NCBI RefSeq assembly: GCF_036321535.1
Contig: NC_087472.1
Span: 98,272,001 to 98,336,000, forward strand
Origin: Camelus dromedarius
Lineage: Eukaryota
Length of the DNA: 64,000 nt
Direction: 5' to 3'
The notes below the pieces were generated by a model that was not told where the DNA came from, searched no databases, and worked only from the letters and a program-made list of their open reading frames with translations. Made by a program: the position numbers and the translations under genes. Positions 1-13,049 of the stretch are shown here, piece by piece; the stretch's first letter is position 1, and every line of letters begins with the position of its first letter.

Positions 1-805
1 AAAACAACTTTTAATAGCTTTATGTGAACATAAAGATAAATCAAGTTAATCATTTTAATCTAACCATTCCACTATTTTGGTTGCCAGTTAGGTAGTTTCC
101 AGCTATTCACTGGGGTAAATTACACTTTTAGGAACATCCCTTTGTAGAAAGCCTAGTGTATACTTAGGATAAATTCCCAGAAAAGGAATTACTGCCTCAA
201 AGGCCATAGACATTTTTGAGGTTAGTTGATAAATATTGTAAATTGCTTTCCAAACTAGTTATAACAATCTACACTGTAATACGTCATGTCTTATCATGAC
301 AAATTGTAGGCTAGATATTAAAACAGCCTGATAGACTGCAGAACAATCTTCCTCAGAGATCTTTAAAAAGAGTTTTTCTTCCCTGTGTTCCAGGTCAGAC
401 TATCAAAGACATAAAGGGTTGCCAGCTCTTAATTTAAAAAAGACATTTAAACTATAAACACCAGGAAGGTTAACATGAACTTGGTGTTCTTTGTTTTCTC
501 TCTTATCATCTCTTCTGATGATCTTAGATTTGGATGGTAACTTTCTTTCCAAGTGAAATGTTTTCACATTATCGCTATAAGCAAAGTAGGCGCCTATTCT
601 ATGGATGGGGAAATACTGAGGCACAAAGAGTTTTTAAGTGACTTTCCTATAGCCATATAATTTACATTGAACTCGCATCTATGGTGCACACCTTGGGGAA
701 CACACTTTGCGATGTTAGTCAAGTTCAGGTTCACCTCCAGAAAGACTAGATAAACAAATATTTTTTAAAGAGGGAGGTCCAGGAAGGAAGGCTTCATCTA
801 AGTTC

Positions 806-1199
806 TGTTAAAAAAACCAAAATTCAACCAAGTAAATTTGAAGATCTAATTGTTTACTCAATGATTCATGAATCAGGAAGCATCCCATCTAATAAAGAGA
901 AGAGCACTCTGAGGGGTTGTACAAAATGGAAGGTTTTTATAGGCGGAGGGAGGGTGGGGCAAGAAGGTACTAGCAAAAGAAAAGAAAGGATTGTTTCAGG
1001 CCAGGGGATCTTCTTTCAGGGGAAGGGAATGGCTGGGATCTTTGTCATGCAGATTACCTCACTAAAGTTGATCAAGAAATTTCAGATTGTCTGTTTAAAG
1101 GTCATATTCTTGGGAGAGGTTGAAATTGCCAGTAGGTCTTGGTTTGCTGTTGTGGAGGGGCAAATGGCTCTATTCTGGGACTGTTATTTCTTTTTGACA
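806..1199 (-). mobile_element. Solo ERV1-type LTR
   Basis: TG...CA termini and 4-bp TSD GTTC (802-805, 1200-1203). Confidence 0.7.
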
Positions 1200-1399
1200 G
1201 TTCTATCTTTGCACGAAATGAAATATTATAACATCAAAAGAAATTTCTCATACAGAAAAGTCAATATATAAAAGTTAGATTTCAACCTAATGTTTTACAG
1301 TTTATAAGAATCCAGCCTTCCCCTGAGAAACTGTTGAGATGACTTTAAAATGATAATAACCTACTTTTTCCTCTGTAGGAATTCTAATAAACAAAGAAC

Positions 1400-2066
1400 T
1401 GTTGTCGAACCCATGTTCGTGTGCCCAATGCACAGTGAGGCCAAACTTGAAATATCAGAGTTTGGAGCAGGGAAAGGATTACTGCAGGGCCAATCAAGGA
1501 GAACTGGCAGATTGTGCTCAAAAGATCTGAACTTCCTGATGGTTTTCAGGGAAGAGTTTTTAAAGGCAAAATCTGAGGTGAGGGCTCTAAGGTCTGACTT
1601 TCTTCTGATTGGTGGTGAGTTAACAGGGTGGTGCTAAGCCTGAAGTTACCATTCTCCACCTGGGTGAGGGCCTTAGTTCCTGTAGAACAACTCAAAGATA
1701 TGTATCAGATTGCTATGTATATCTCTTGAGTAGGAACTACACTCTGCACTTTTGTTTCTTGCTTTTCCTTTGTTTCTGCATTCTCTCACTTCCCTAATTA
1801 GTAACTGTTTGAATCTGCCCTTTGGATCTCAGGGAAGGCTGAAACCTTTCTCCTACAAACAAGAAACAGGGGACACGACACGGAAAGGCTTTGTACCTAG
1901 GAGGGCCCCTGCCGAGTCCTGCTTGGTTTCACTCACCCTCCTTTTTTTGATACTCCTTAATCTTGAGGAGAATAGGTCTGGGACAAAAAAGGGAATAATG
2001 TTTTTGGATAGATAGGTTATTCATAAACTCAGCAGAGGAACTCAGTTTTAGGGGAACTTGGTTTCA
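1400..2066 (-). mobile_element. Solo ERV1-type LTR
   Basis: TG...CA termini and 4-bp TSD GAAC (1396-1399, 2067-2070); related to the LTR at 51954. Confidence 0.75.
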
Positions 2067-2092
2067 GAACCAGTTTGTGTTATGTTTTAAAT

Positions 2093-2311
2093 CAGAATTT
2101 CTCAACCCTGGAACCACGGACATTTTGGCACGGATCATTCTTTATTTTGAGGGACTGTCCTGTGCATTGTGGGATGTTTAGCAGGATACCTGGCCTCTAC
2201 CCACTAGATGCCAGTGGCACCTTGCCAGTTCCCCAGTTGTGATATTCAAAAGTGTCCAGACATTGCCAAATGTCCCCTGGGGGACACAATCATCCCACTT
2301 GAGAACCACTG
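2093..2311 (+). mobile_element. MER20-like hAT DNA transposon
   Basis: CAG..TTCTCAA and TTGAGAACCACTG termini with the internal CCTGGCCTCTACCCACTAGATGCCAG motif. Further copies at about 26455-26655 (-) and 28632-28765 (+). Confidence 0.8.
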
Positions 2312-5227
2312 GTGTGGTGCATATGGTATATTAATTGTATTTAAATGAATTGTATTTAATAAGCTCTTGTTATGTCCAGATGAATGACAGGTGCAAAAAG
2401 ATGGAGAGCTTGGACACTAACATCCTTTAACAGATGTTTCCATACTAATTTCATTTTTCAACTTGACACATTTTGAGAAAAATATATGTCTTAGCAAATA
2501 AATGGAAAAGTAAAATGGACATCAATTGTTAAGTATAAAGTGTTCCAAATCTGCAAATCAAATTTGTGTGTTCCATATAAATTACAGTAAAATCTTAAAT
2601 GTTAATGCAGATAGCTTTCTAGCAAAATGCTGGGTAAAAATAATGAATTTGTTCATTTTGTAATTACCTGTGAATAACAATGCTTTATTAGTAAATACTT
2701 TTTTTTTTAAAGAAAAATACAAGTTCAGATATCTAGGTGTTTTTTTTTTTTTAAGTATTACAGAAACAACTTCAAAGCTGCTTCATTTATGAATTCTACT
2801 TTAAATCTGGAGAATTTATATGGTATTTCAAATTGGACAATTTAAAACCCTCATTACAATCAGAATAAATGACACATTTGAATTGGGATCCTTAAAAAAA
2901 GCCTTGACTAATTAAGATTGGCAGCCTTATCTTTGCCCTTAAAATTGAAACCAATTAATTTTGGAGTGTGTTCTAATAATTGTGCCAATAAATTTAGCCC
3001 CAATTTTTTCCCAATATACATTTCCACTGTAGTAGTATGTCTTTCCTCATACATTATGATCAACTCTTTCTCATGGTACAATGCCTGAAACATCACAAGG
3101 GTAACCCTTGGGCTGTATCCTGGGATCCTCCATGTATTCCCAGTCTTATAAAGATTTTCTCGTGTATTTATGTTCAGTAATATGCCCTCCTAATATCTGA
3201 GGGAAAATTAGTAATATTGGGTATAAAATAGTTTCTTCCTGGACTATACTTAAAATATCCTTGGATCAGTTAAGAAGTTTTCAGCTGTGAATAACTATAT
3301 CCAACTAAAAGTGGCATAAGGAACAGAAAGTTTTATTGTCTTACCTACAAGAAATTGAGAGGTAGATAGATGGTTGTCCCAGCGTAAACAGTGTCATCAG
3401 TGACCCAGACTCTTTCCATCCTTGTATGTTGACATCCTCAGTGGTTCACTTTTATCTACTGTTTAATGGCTATAGTATGGCCTCCTCAGCTCTCATGGCC
3501 TAAGAAACGACAGAAAGGAAGAGGTAGGAAAGAAAGTTCTTGAATATCTTGCTTTCATCAGGATGGAAAATCTTTTTAAACTTTTTAGAAGGCTCTAAAC
3601 GGATTGTTGCTGAAATGCTCATTGACCAGACGTGGGCCATATGGTCAGCCCTCCCTGCAATGAGGGTGGAAGAGACAGTATCTGGCATTTTTGGCCTCTC
3701 TTATGGGAAGCACGCCCTGCCAGAAGGGAAAAGAGGGCAATGGCTTTTGGGTAGGCAACCAAATGTGTACGCCAACTCATATTTTGGGAGAATGCTCCTC
3801 AATTAAAAAATCTGTGATATTACAAACGTTCTATGAGCATTCTGAATAGGTACCTCTTCCCTATATTTCCTGTTTCGATTTGAAAATGAAAAATGTAACC
3901 CAATTCAGTATGAGAAATATTTTATACTATATAAAACAACTGCAAGTAGGTGAAGGTTATAGTAAGTTCCTAAAATAGAAGCCTGCTGATTTCCCTTTGG
4001 TAAGGGAGATCCTTTGAAATCCTGGGTGTTGCCTTATTTCCACAGAGCTTGCATGTTCAAAAAATGTGCTAATGGTGTTTTCAAAGACATACAAAGGGAA
4101 ATCATTTCGTATGTTCAACCCCTTTACTTTTCAGGTTGCATCCAGTTACTTCATACTAACCACTCTTCAAAGTGTGCTGGAGGTCCTGGTTCAAAACACG
4201 TGAGTCAATCTCTCAGGTTGCATCTCTTCTGAGTTCCCTTGCCTGAAGTAGATTTAGGCTGGTTGAAGCATAGCCTTTCTTCCTGGAAGCAGGTGCCTTC
4301 TGATTTTCGGACATACTCCTTGAACATCTTCCTTCAGGAATGAGATTGGCGGACTGTGGTCCAGCAGAAGCTCCTGCCAGACAAAGAGATGAAGACCTTT
4401 GAGTTTCCTGGGGCTGCCCCTGACCTGGCCACATTCCCCACTGGGCTCTGAAGCCAGGTTTGTCCTTGAAGCTCTGCTGCTTCTTAGAGGTGGAGGCTTG
4501 GGCATGTTAGTGAGAAGGGACTTGAAGGCTTTCAACTTCTGACAGTCACCAGTGGGTGGCTAAGCTAAAACCTGGACCCCAAATAATTCTTGTTCCATTT
4601 CTTCTTTTTATTCTTTATAGGAATTATTTAATAATCATATAGTATGACAAGGCAAATGCATCTCCAGTACATTCAGACAACACCAAAGATTGATGACGAA
4701 TTATCTGAGAAGTTCATTCTTATCATAATATGACAAGCCACTTTCATTTTTCTCAGAGGTGGAAAAAATTACCTAATTCTCACTCACCTTATATTACTAA
4801 AAGACAAGATCTTTTCTTTTCTTTAAAGAATACTGCATATACATTTTTTACAGTGAGCAGGGAGCTAACTCTACATGCCTAAAATTCACATGCTTGCCAT
4901 ACTCCAACCTGGGGAAATGCCTTAAGTTACGTGTGGCTCCCATTGCAATGGTAGAAAGTACAATTATGCTCATCCATCTCCTTGTCTCCAATAGCTGAGA
5001 GGAGGAGTGCAAGTGGAATGTACAACTATAAGAGAGGATCATTTTCTACTTTACAGTGGCCTGTATCCACCCACTCAAGATAGCTCGGTGAGTATTATTA
5101 TGAGAGTGGCCATACCAAGAGTAAGTACAGGATCACGGCTCTCAAGGAATTCATAAACCAGGAAGGGAAATAGGACACATGAAGTCATAGGGGAATGTCA
5201 TGAGCACAAATGTTTTTAAAACCTGAG

Positions 5228-5539
5228 GACACATGCTACAACATGGATGAGCCTTGAAGACATGCTAAGTTAAATAATCCAGTCACAAAAGGACAAATAC
5301 TGTATGAGTCTACTTATATGAAGTACTTAGAGTAGTTAAACTCATAGAAACAGGAAGTAAAATGGTGGTTGTCAGAGGCTGCAGGGTACCGTTACAGTCT
5401 TGTAAGATGAGAGTTCTGGAGATGGATGGTGGTGATGGTTGCACAATGTGAATGTACTCAGTGACACTGAACTGTACACTTAAAATGGTTAAAATGGTAA
5501 ATTTTATGTTATGTATATTTTACCGCAACTAAAAAAAAA
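5228..5539 (+). mobile_element. L1 3'-end fragment (old L1M)
   Basis: CATGCTACAACATGGATGAGCCTTGAAGAC...GAACTGTACACTTAAAATGG followed by an A tail. Confidence 0.75.
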
Positions 5540-5681
5540 ATCACTTGAGAAGAAGTATAAAATTATGATGTAACGTACAGAACACAAGACTTGGGGCTAA
5601 AAGAACCCTGAGTTCTCATCTTTGCATTTCTACTGACTGTGTGGTCTTAGCCAAGTCATTTTTTTCTCTTTATTATTCATT

Positions 5682-6640
5682 CTTTTTTAAAATTGAGGTA
5701 GAGTTGATCTATATTATAAGTTTCAGGTGTACAACATAGCGATTCACAATTTTTAAAGGTTATACTCCACTCATAGGTATTATAAAACATTGGCTATATT
5801 CCTTGTGTTGTACAATATACCCCTGTAGCTTATTTGTTTTATACATAGTAGTTTGTACCTCTTAATCCCCTACCTCTATCTTTTCCCTTCTTCCTTCCTC
5901 CTCCCCACTGGTAACCACTAGTTTGTTCTCTATATCTGTCAGTCTGTTTCTTTTTTGTTATATTTACTAGTTTATTTTTTAGATTCCATATAAGTCATTT
6001 CATACAGTATTTGTCTTTCACTTATTTCACTTAGCATAATACCCTCCAAGTCCATCCGTGTTACTGCAAATGGGAAAATTTCATTTTTTTTTTTTTACAA
6101 CATATACCACATCTTTATCCTTTTGTCTGTTGATGGGCACTTAGGTTGCTTCCGTATTTTGGCAATTGTAAATAATGCTACTAAGAACATTGGGACACAT
6201 GTGGCTTTTCTAATCAGTGTTTTCATTTTCTTCATATATATACCCAGGAATGGAATTGCTGGATCGTATGGTAGTTCTATTTTCAGTTTTTTGAGGAACC
6301 TCCATACTGTTTTCCACAGAGGTTGTGCACCAATTCTACATTCCCGTCAACGGTATACGAGGGTTCCCTTTTGCTCGCATCCTTACCAACATTTGTTATT
6401 TGTGGTCTTTTTGATGATAGCCATTCTGACAATTGCAGTGATATATCATTGTGGCTTTGATTTGCATTTCTCTGATGATTAGAGGTGTTGAGCATCTTTT
6501 CATGTGCCTGTTGGCCATCTGTATATCTTCTTTGGAAAAATGTCTATTCAGTACTTCTGCCCATTTTTAAATTGGATTTTTTTTTTTAATGTTGTATGAG
6601 TTGTTTGTATTTTGGATATTGACCCTTTATTTAGTGAAGT
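5682..6640 (-). mobile_element. L1 3' fragment (ORF2 end and 3'UTR)
   Basis: Antisense L1 motifs; accounts for ORFs 6123..6482 and 6283..6495. Confidence 0.85.
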
Positions 6641-7269
6641 CATTTAACTTCATTAAATGTTCCAACCTATAAAGCAGAGAAAATGACTGTAAGGGAGAAT
6701 TCAAGGAGGTAATGTATGAAAAAGCCACTTAGCTAAATGTATGGTGTGATACAAAATAAGTTGTTATCATAGGGATGATAAGGGAAAGTTTCATAAGGGC
6801 AATGAGACTTGAACTGGCCCTGGAAGGGTAGGGAATAACATTTACAGAGTGCCTACTGTGTGTCTATCTTAGTTTACATTACAGAATTTTTGAAGGTATT
6901 ACCCTCAAAAACAAGAAATTAAGACAGAGAGATACAATTTGCCCAAACCCAAAAAGTAGCTCTTTCAAATTCCTCATTCTTTCCACTCATAGGAAGTTGT
7001 GAAATAAAAAGGTGTTCATACTGGAAACAGATGAAAATAGAAAATGAAAAAGCAGAAATAAATGCAGAAGCTGGTTCTTTTTTTTTTTTTAAAAATCATT
7101 TTATTTTGAAATAATTTCAAACAAAAGTTTCAAGAAGAGTACAAAGAACTCCCTCATACCCTTCATCCAGATTCAACAATTGTTAACATTCTGCCATCTT
7201 TATTTTATAATCTCTCTCTCTGAACCATCTGAGAGTATGTTTTGAATACCACGTCCCTTCACTCTGCCA

Positions 7270-7749
7270 TATAGCAAAAATTTTCCTCTACCCTCTTAGG
7301 TTAATGACTTGGGGCCTGCAAATTAAACTGATAAAAGACAGATAAGGAAGAGAAAAAAAAAACAGATTTAATTACATACATAGCACAGTTCACAAAGAAA
7401 TGTGACTCAAGGAGACAGAATTTAGGGCTTACCTACCATCCTAATAGGGGATGGGAAGGGACAGAGGAGCACTTCTGGAAGAACAAATGACTTCTTAGAA
7501 GCTGGGGAGAAAGGGCACTTAAGAAAAATAATCAACTCTTTGGAAAGATTAAATGGATCCTTAGGAGTATAGGTGGGAGATAGGATAGTTTTGTGACAAC
7601 GTTTGTTTGAGAAGATTAGAGGTGTTCCTGGGGAGACCATTTATGATAACAGTTCTTCCGGGAGGCTCTGCTTTTAGGTAGATAGAGGATCTTAGGAACT
7701 CAAACTCCTTCAGCAAAAAAATCACAATGCCTTATTCTGGACCCCTTCA
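7270..7749 (-). mobile_element. ERV LTR-like element
   Basis: LTR-like composition ending GACCCCTTCA, inserted in older repeat sequence. Boundaries are approximate. Confidence 0.5.
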
Positions 7750-8029
7750 ACTTCAGCCCTGTATTTTCTAAGAATGTAGGTAAACACAGAACATTCTTGA
7801 AATCATGAAATTCAATGCTATTATCCCAGAGCTAAGCACTCTGTGCCTGTTCCACAAGTGCCTCTGCTGGCAGGTTTTATGTAGAAGTGCGACTGGCTAA
7901 GCTGCTTCTTGCAGCTATGTGAGGACTCCATCTCACTCAAAAGACTGTTCTAAAAACTTCAGACTCAAGTGATCTTTGATGGAGAACTTCACCTGAGGTT
8001 CTCCATCAGACCCACAGATAACTACACTT

Positions 8030-9370
8030 GGACCCATCTTTCTTCTTTCCCCACTTTGTGCCAAGAGGTCATTCCCTCCTGCTGAGGGCAACTGCTCTAT
8101 TTGTGCGGTGGATCCCGTCTCCTCCCTTGATCTATCTTTCTTTCTCTCAGGTTCTTCCCATTAGCACCAAAAACATGACCATGATCTTCCCACTGCTAAA
8201 ATAATGACAACAACAAAAACTTTTCACTACATACTTTAACAAGTCCCACACTCTTTCTCAATGCCCCTTCCAAACAGAACTTCTTGAGGGCATTTTCTGC
8301 ACTTGTAGTCTCTACATGCCCTCCATCCAGTACAACCTGGCTCAGTTTGCCCTGCTCTCTCATCTATGAACTCCTGTTAAATCCCATGGGCACAACCACA
8401 TCTCATATTATTGACATCTTCTTGACACATGCTCTTCACTTTGTTTCTCTAATACCAAAATCTCTCTTATGGTTTTATTAATTTTTCTGAAGTTCCTTCT
8501 GTTTCCTCTTCCTTTTTACCTAAATGCTGGTGTTCCTGAGAGCTCTCTTCTAGGACACCTTCTCTTTCCTTTCCATTCTTCTACATTCTCCCTGGACTAT
8601 TTATCCACTCCCACGGGTTCAATTACATATTTGGTGTGCATCAGCTCATCCATGGACCAACTAATTTCTTCTGAATTCCAGACCCGTACATCCAATGGTC
8701 CACTTGAAGTCCTCCCAGGCATTCATACTCAGGAGTTCCAAACTGAACTGCTCATTTTCTTATGTTCCTAGCTCTATTAAAGTCACTGACATCATTTAGT
8801 TGTCCAAGCCAGAAATCTGAAGTCTTCTTGACTCTTTCTCGAACATAAATTACATGTGACCATCAAATACAGTGGATTCTACTTTTGAGTTGGTCCTCTT
8901 CTCTCTTTTAATCTCTACTGCCACCATTCTATTCTGTATCATCATCATCTCTTGCCGAGATTACTGAAATAGTCTCCTGATCAATTTCATTGCCTCCAGA
9001 CTTGCTTTTCTCCAATCTATGCTTTACCTTCAGCCAAGGTGATCCACCCAAAATGCAATTCTGATTATAGCACTCTCTTGCTTGAAACTTCCAGTGCCTT
9101 CTCATTTTGATTATGTCAAACTTCACATTCTCTTTATCATATTTCTAAGATTTGGCTCTGCTACCTTTCTTAGCTTAATCTCTTGCCTTCCCATGCCTAT
9201 AACATTTAGTAGTACTCAGCATATACTTATTGTTTTAAAAATAAATGGTATTTTTTCCTTTCAAAATACAAAACAGAAAAGTTGTTTTATTTACTGCAGT
9301 GTCTCCAGAGCCCAGAACATTGCCTGGAACATAGTAGGCATACAATAAATATTTCTTAAATGAAGGAAAG
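8030..9370 (+). mobile_element. Degenerate L2 LINE
   Basis: Pyrimidine-rich L2-type body with an L2 3' end (CCCAGAACATTGCCTGGAACATAGTAGGCATACAATAAATATTT). Confidence 0.65.
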
Positions 9371-10713
9371 GATATATGTATCAGTTCTAGTGACTGCAGA
9401 ATGAGGATGAGCAAGGAAAATGGAATATTTTTAATCCAATAAGCATTTCTTAGAGTAGTATATTTGCAAGAGTCATACTCTAAAATTTGGCAAGTTAAAA
9501 AACCAACTACAATGATCTCAGAAGAAAAGCATTTTAAATGGGAGAAAAAAAGCACACTTAACCAACTTTTTAAAAACTGATCATTTATTGTAAATAGAAA
9601 AATTAAAATTTTACAAGAAATAAAATACAAATCCATAGTATCCAAATCTCTTATTTTCATGATTTAAAGTCATGACTAAAATTAATGCATATATTTTAAC
9701 AAGTAATCAAGAAATGCAATGTTCCATACTTAATCATTTTATGTCTAAAATAGATGAAGATACCTACTTTAAAACCAGGACATCTATTTCAAAGACAGAT
9801 TTTTTTTTAACCTTTAAAGCTAATATTTAAAATTTCAGAGAGAGAGAAATTGAAGTTTGAAAATCTAAGAATCAAAAAATACTTTAGTTAAGAAGGTGAT
9901 GAAAACAATATCTTTAGGTAATGATATATATTAAGGATAATTTCCAGATTGCTAATCTATATTGTTTAGGAATGAGAAACACTATTCAGTAAAAATAAAA
10001 ACACCTTAAGGAAAAGAAATGATTTAAGTACTCTGTTCAATTAAAACACATGAGATATACTCTCAGTTCATTATATTACTGAATTGAAAAAGTAAAATAA
10101 TAATTGCCTCTTATTAAATAAGGATAATTTCACTTATTACAGCTATTCTCTCCAAAGGATATAAATTTATATCTTGGTTGGTATGAAATATCTCTTAAGA
10201 TGAAACCATCTCCTTTGAGATGATTGGTTAATCATTTGGGAATAACAAAACACAAGATTATATCTCTTCTTTGCACCAACATCAAAATAATTGCATACAG
10301 GTTAAAGATTTGAATGATTGAAAAATGAAATCACAAAACCATAAGAAAATGTTTGTGAATATTGATAGTCTTGAGAAGACTTTCAAAACATATCATGAAA
10401 GGTGGAAAGCATAAGGCAAAATTGACAGAACATGATATATGAAAATATAAAAATAAGCATAATTAAATGAAGTTTTAATATACTCACATGTAACAAATCA
10501 AATGGTAGAGCTGAGCTTATGATGAAAAGCAGTAAGAAGACAATAATCACTCCCATGAAAAATGGGCAAAGGATGGGGATAAACAAAAAGAACACAATGG
10601 CCAATAATTACATTTAAAAATGTTCAAGCTTTTTTCTAATCAAAGAAGTGCAAATTAAAATGAGATGCCATTTTTCCTTACCCAATTAACAGAAAAAAAA
10701 GTAAATGCAACAA

Positions 10714-10717
<4 letters not shown>

Positions 10718-10753
<36 letters not shown>
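10718..10753. repeat. (TA)n microsatellite
   Basis: Read directly from the sequence. Confidence 0.95.
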
Positions 10754-10760
<7 letters not shown>

Positions 10761-12840
10761 TAAAACTCTGTTCACAATTTAAGATAGCAAGATTTTTTCT
10801 TTCAGGATTATCTTAAGAGGTTCTAGAATTATCAAAAATCATAGATACGCCAAAAAAATTTAGTTATAAGGATACACCTCATAGCTTTGCTTATAACATT
10901 GAAAACCTGGAAATAGAGATTGAGAAAATGATGGCATATTTAACACTGCAATATTTATAGCCATTAAAATAATATTAGAATATTAATAACATTGAAAAAT
11001 ACTTCGAATATTTTATCAAGTTTAAAAAGCAGCTTACTAATTAACTACAATATAATCCTATTTTTCAGTCAATTACAATTTACTTTCATTTAACATGTTT
11101 TCTATAATGAACCTGTATTTCTTTTCTAGTAAGAAATAAACTGTTTTCTATAAAGGTCAAAAGATTACATTGTCTATCTCTTTCGGTTCCAATTCCTTAC
11201 CCCCCAAGTAAACTCCTTATTACCAACCTCTTTTCCCCAGGTATTTCCATAACAGAAAAGGAGGTGCCCCGAACTGGAGAAGTGAACATTCTGTAAATTG
11301 CTAAGTGCTACCTCCCATTGTAGGTTTCTGGTGATGCATAAAGCCTAGGAAGAAAATTAGAAGCCATTAAAGGAGGGAAACAAAGTAGATGAAATGGAAG
11401 AAAAGAACGCTAGGAATAAAGTAAGAAAGTTAAAGAAGCTAAGGTATGGGCCAATATGTTTGCAAATCCTTGATGAAAATGTGAGTCCTAAATGATGACA
11501 AGGTGATAAACATTACAGGGAAATATGGGCAAAGGATGTGGATACAAAATCTACAAAAGAATGACATAAAAAAAAGTTTAGCCTCTTTTCTAACTAAAAA
11601 AAATGCAAATTAAAATATGTTGGAAAAAAAAGATTATCAAGATGCAATATCCCAGACTATGTACAGAGTAGACAGCTTCCTATTGTCTGATTTAGTCCTC
11701 AAAGTTCATCCTACTCCGAATTCCCATAATGGTTCATCACAGTGCCTCCTTCTTGGTTATGATAGCTTAGGTGAGACCAGATTGATTGATTGATTTTTTT
11801 AGAGCAATGTCTCATATTGTTTAATGCTGTAACCTATACATTATGAAACACAGTACATGCAAACAGCACAAAGATTCTGAATCTCCTATTTTGTAACTAA
11901 TACTATACGAATGTGGCACATACATAAACTTAAAACCTTAAAAGATTATGCTTTCTTCCCCACTTTTCATTTTCTATTCATTAATCAGAAGCTAGGCACT
12001 TTAATCTAAAAATACATTAAAAAATATATTTTAGATCCTTCTGGGTAACTCACTCCTAAAATGAATAAAGTCAGTTTAGGAGCAAAATCAACAAATCCAA
12101 CTCACTAGGTGAGACCAGATTTAAATGCCCATGTTACAATCAATGAATACACCCGTGAACATAGGTTATTTTGAGTAGTTTCAATGAGCAGAATCCTTAG
12201 CCAACATCCTAAGCATAATTTTAGGTTTACTTTGGGTGAAGAAATGTTTAAAAGAGTTAAGGCTCCAGGAGATACTCTGGACAACCAGAACTAGCCCCAA
12301 GGCATTGGAAGCCAAAAGGCATACCAAAAGGAGGCAAGAGCTAATACCAGTATGGACTGAGATACAAGGGCAAATGTATGTCATAATTCTGTATTCTGAA
12401 AATAAATACAAAAATAAGTAAATAACAGTAACTTGAAAATGTCAGGCACCATATTAACAACTTTATGTAAACTGTTTTATTCAATAATCTTATAAAGGAA
12501 AATACTATTATGTCTATTTTAAAGATAGTTCATTCTACATAGAAAAATAAACCTAGATTTCCTACCTCACACCATATATTCTAGAAATTAAAGATCTCAT
12601 TGTGAAAGCACAACTCTAAATCAAATAGAAGAAAGTATAGAGTATTATTTGTGACTCTGGGACAGGACAGAACTTTTTAAGATTCACAAAATACAGTGAG
12701 TTAAGAAATTATAGATTTGAATACATCAAACTGAAGATGCTTGTTCAACAAAGCACCTCATAAATAAAAATTTAGATGGGTGATAGTTGGGGAAAAATTA
12801 TTTGCAACATCTAAAATGGACAAAAGATTGATATCTAGAA

Positions 12841-13049
12841 CATGGGTTGTTCTGTAAATAAATAGTAAACATAGGTTTTGTGGGCCATATTGTCTCTAAT
12901 GTAACTGTTCAATTCTGCTATTGTACCATGAAAGCAACCATAGACAATACATAAATGAATGAATATGGCTGTGTTCCAATAAAATGTTATTAGCAAAAAA
13001 CGGTGGTAAGCAGGATTTGGCCTTCAAGCTTGTAGTTTGTCGACCCCTA
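12841..13049. mobile_element. MER58-like hAT MITE nested in an old L1 (about 12530-13385)
   Basis: 8-bp TSD ATCTAGAA at 12833-12840 and 13050-13057; GGCTGTGTTCCAATAAAA core. Confidence 0.75.

Noticed and set aside
4213..4550. GC-balanced, coding-looking stretch with overlapping 73- and 93-aa ORFs
   Set aside because: I recognise no protein in any frame and see no clear splice or retrocopy hallmarks. A BLASTX search would be needed to revive it.
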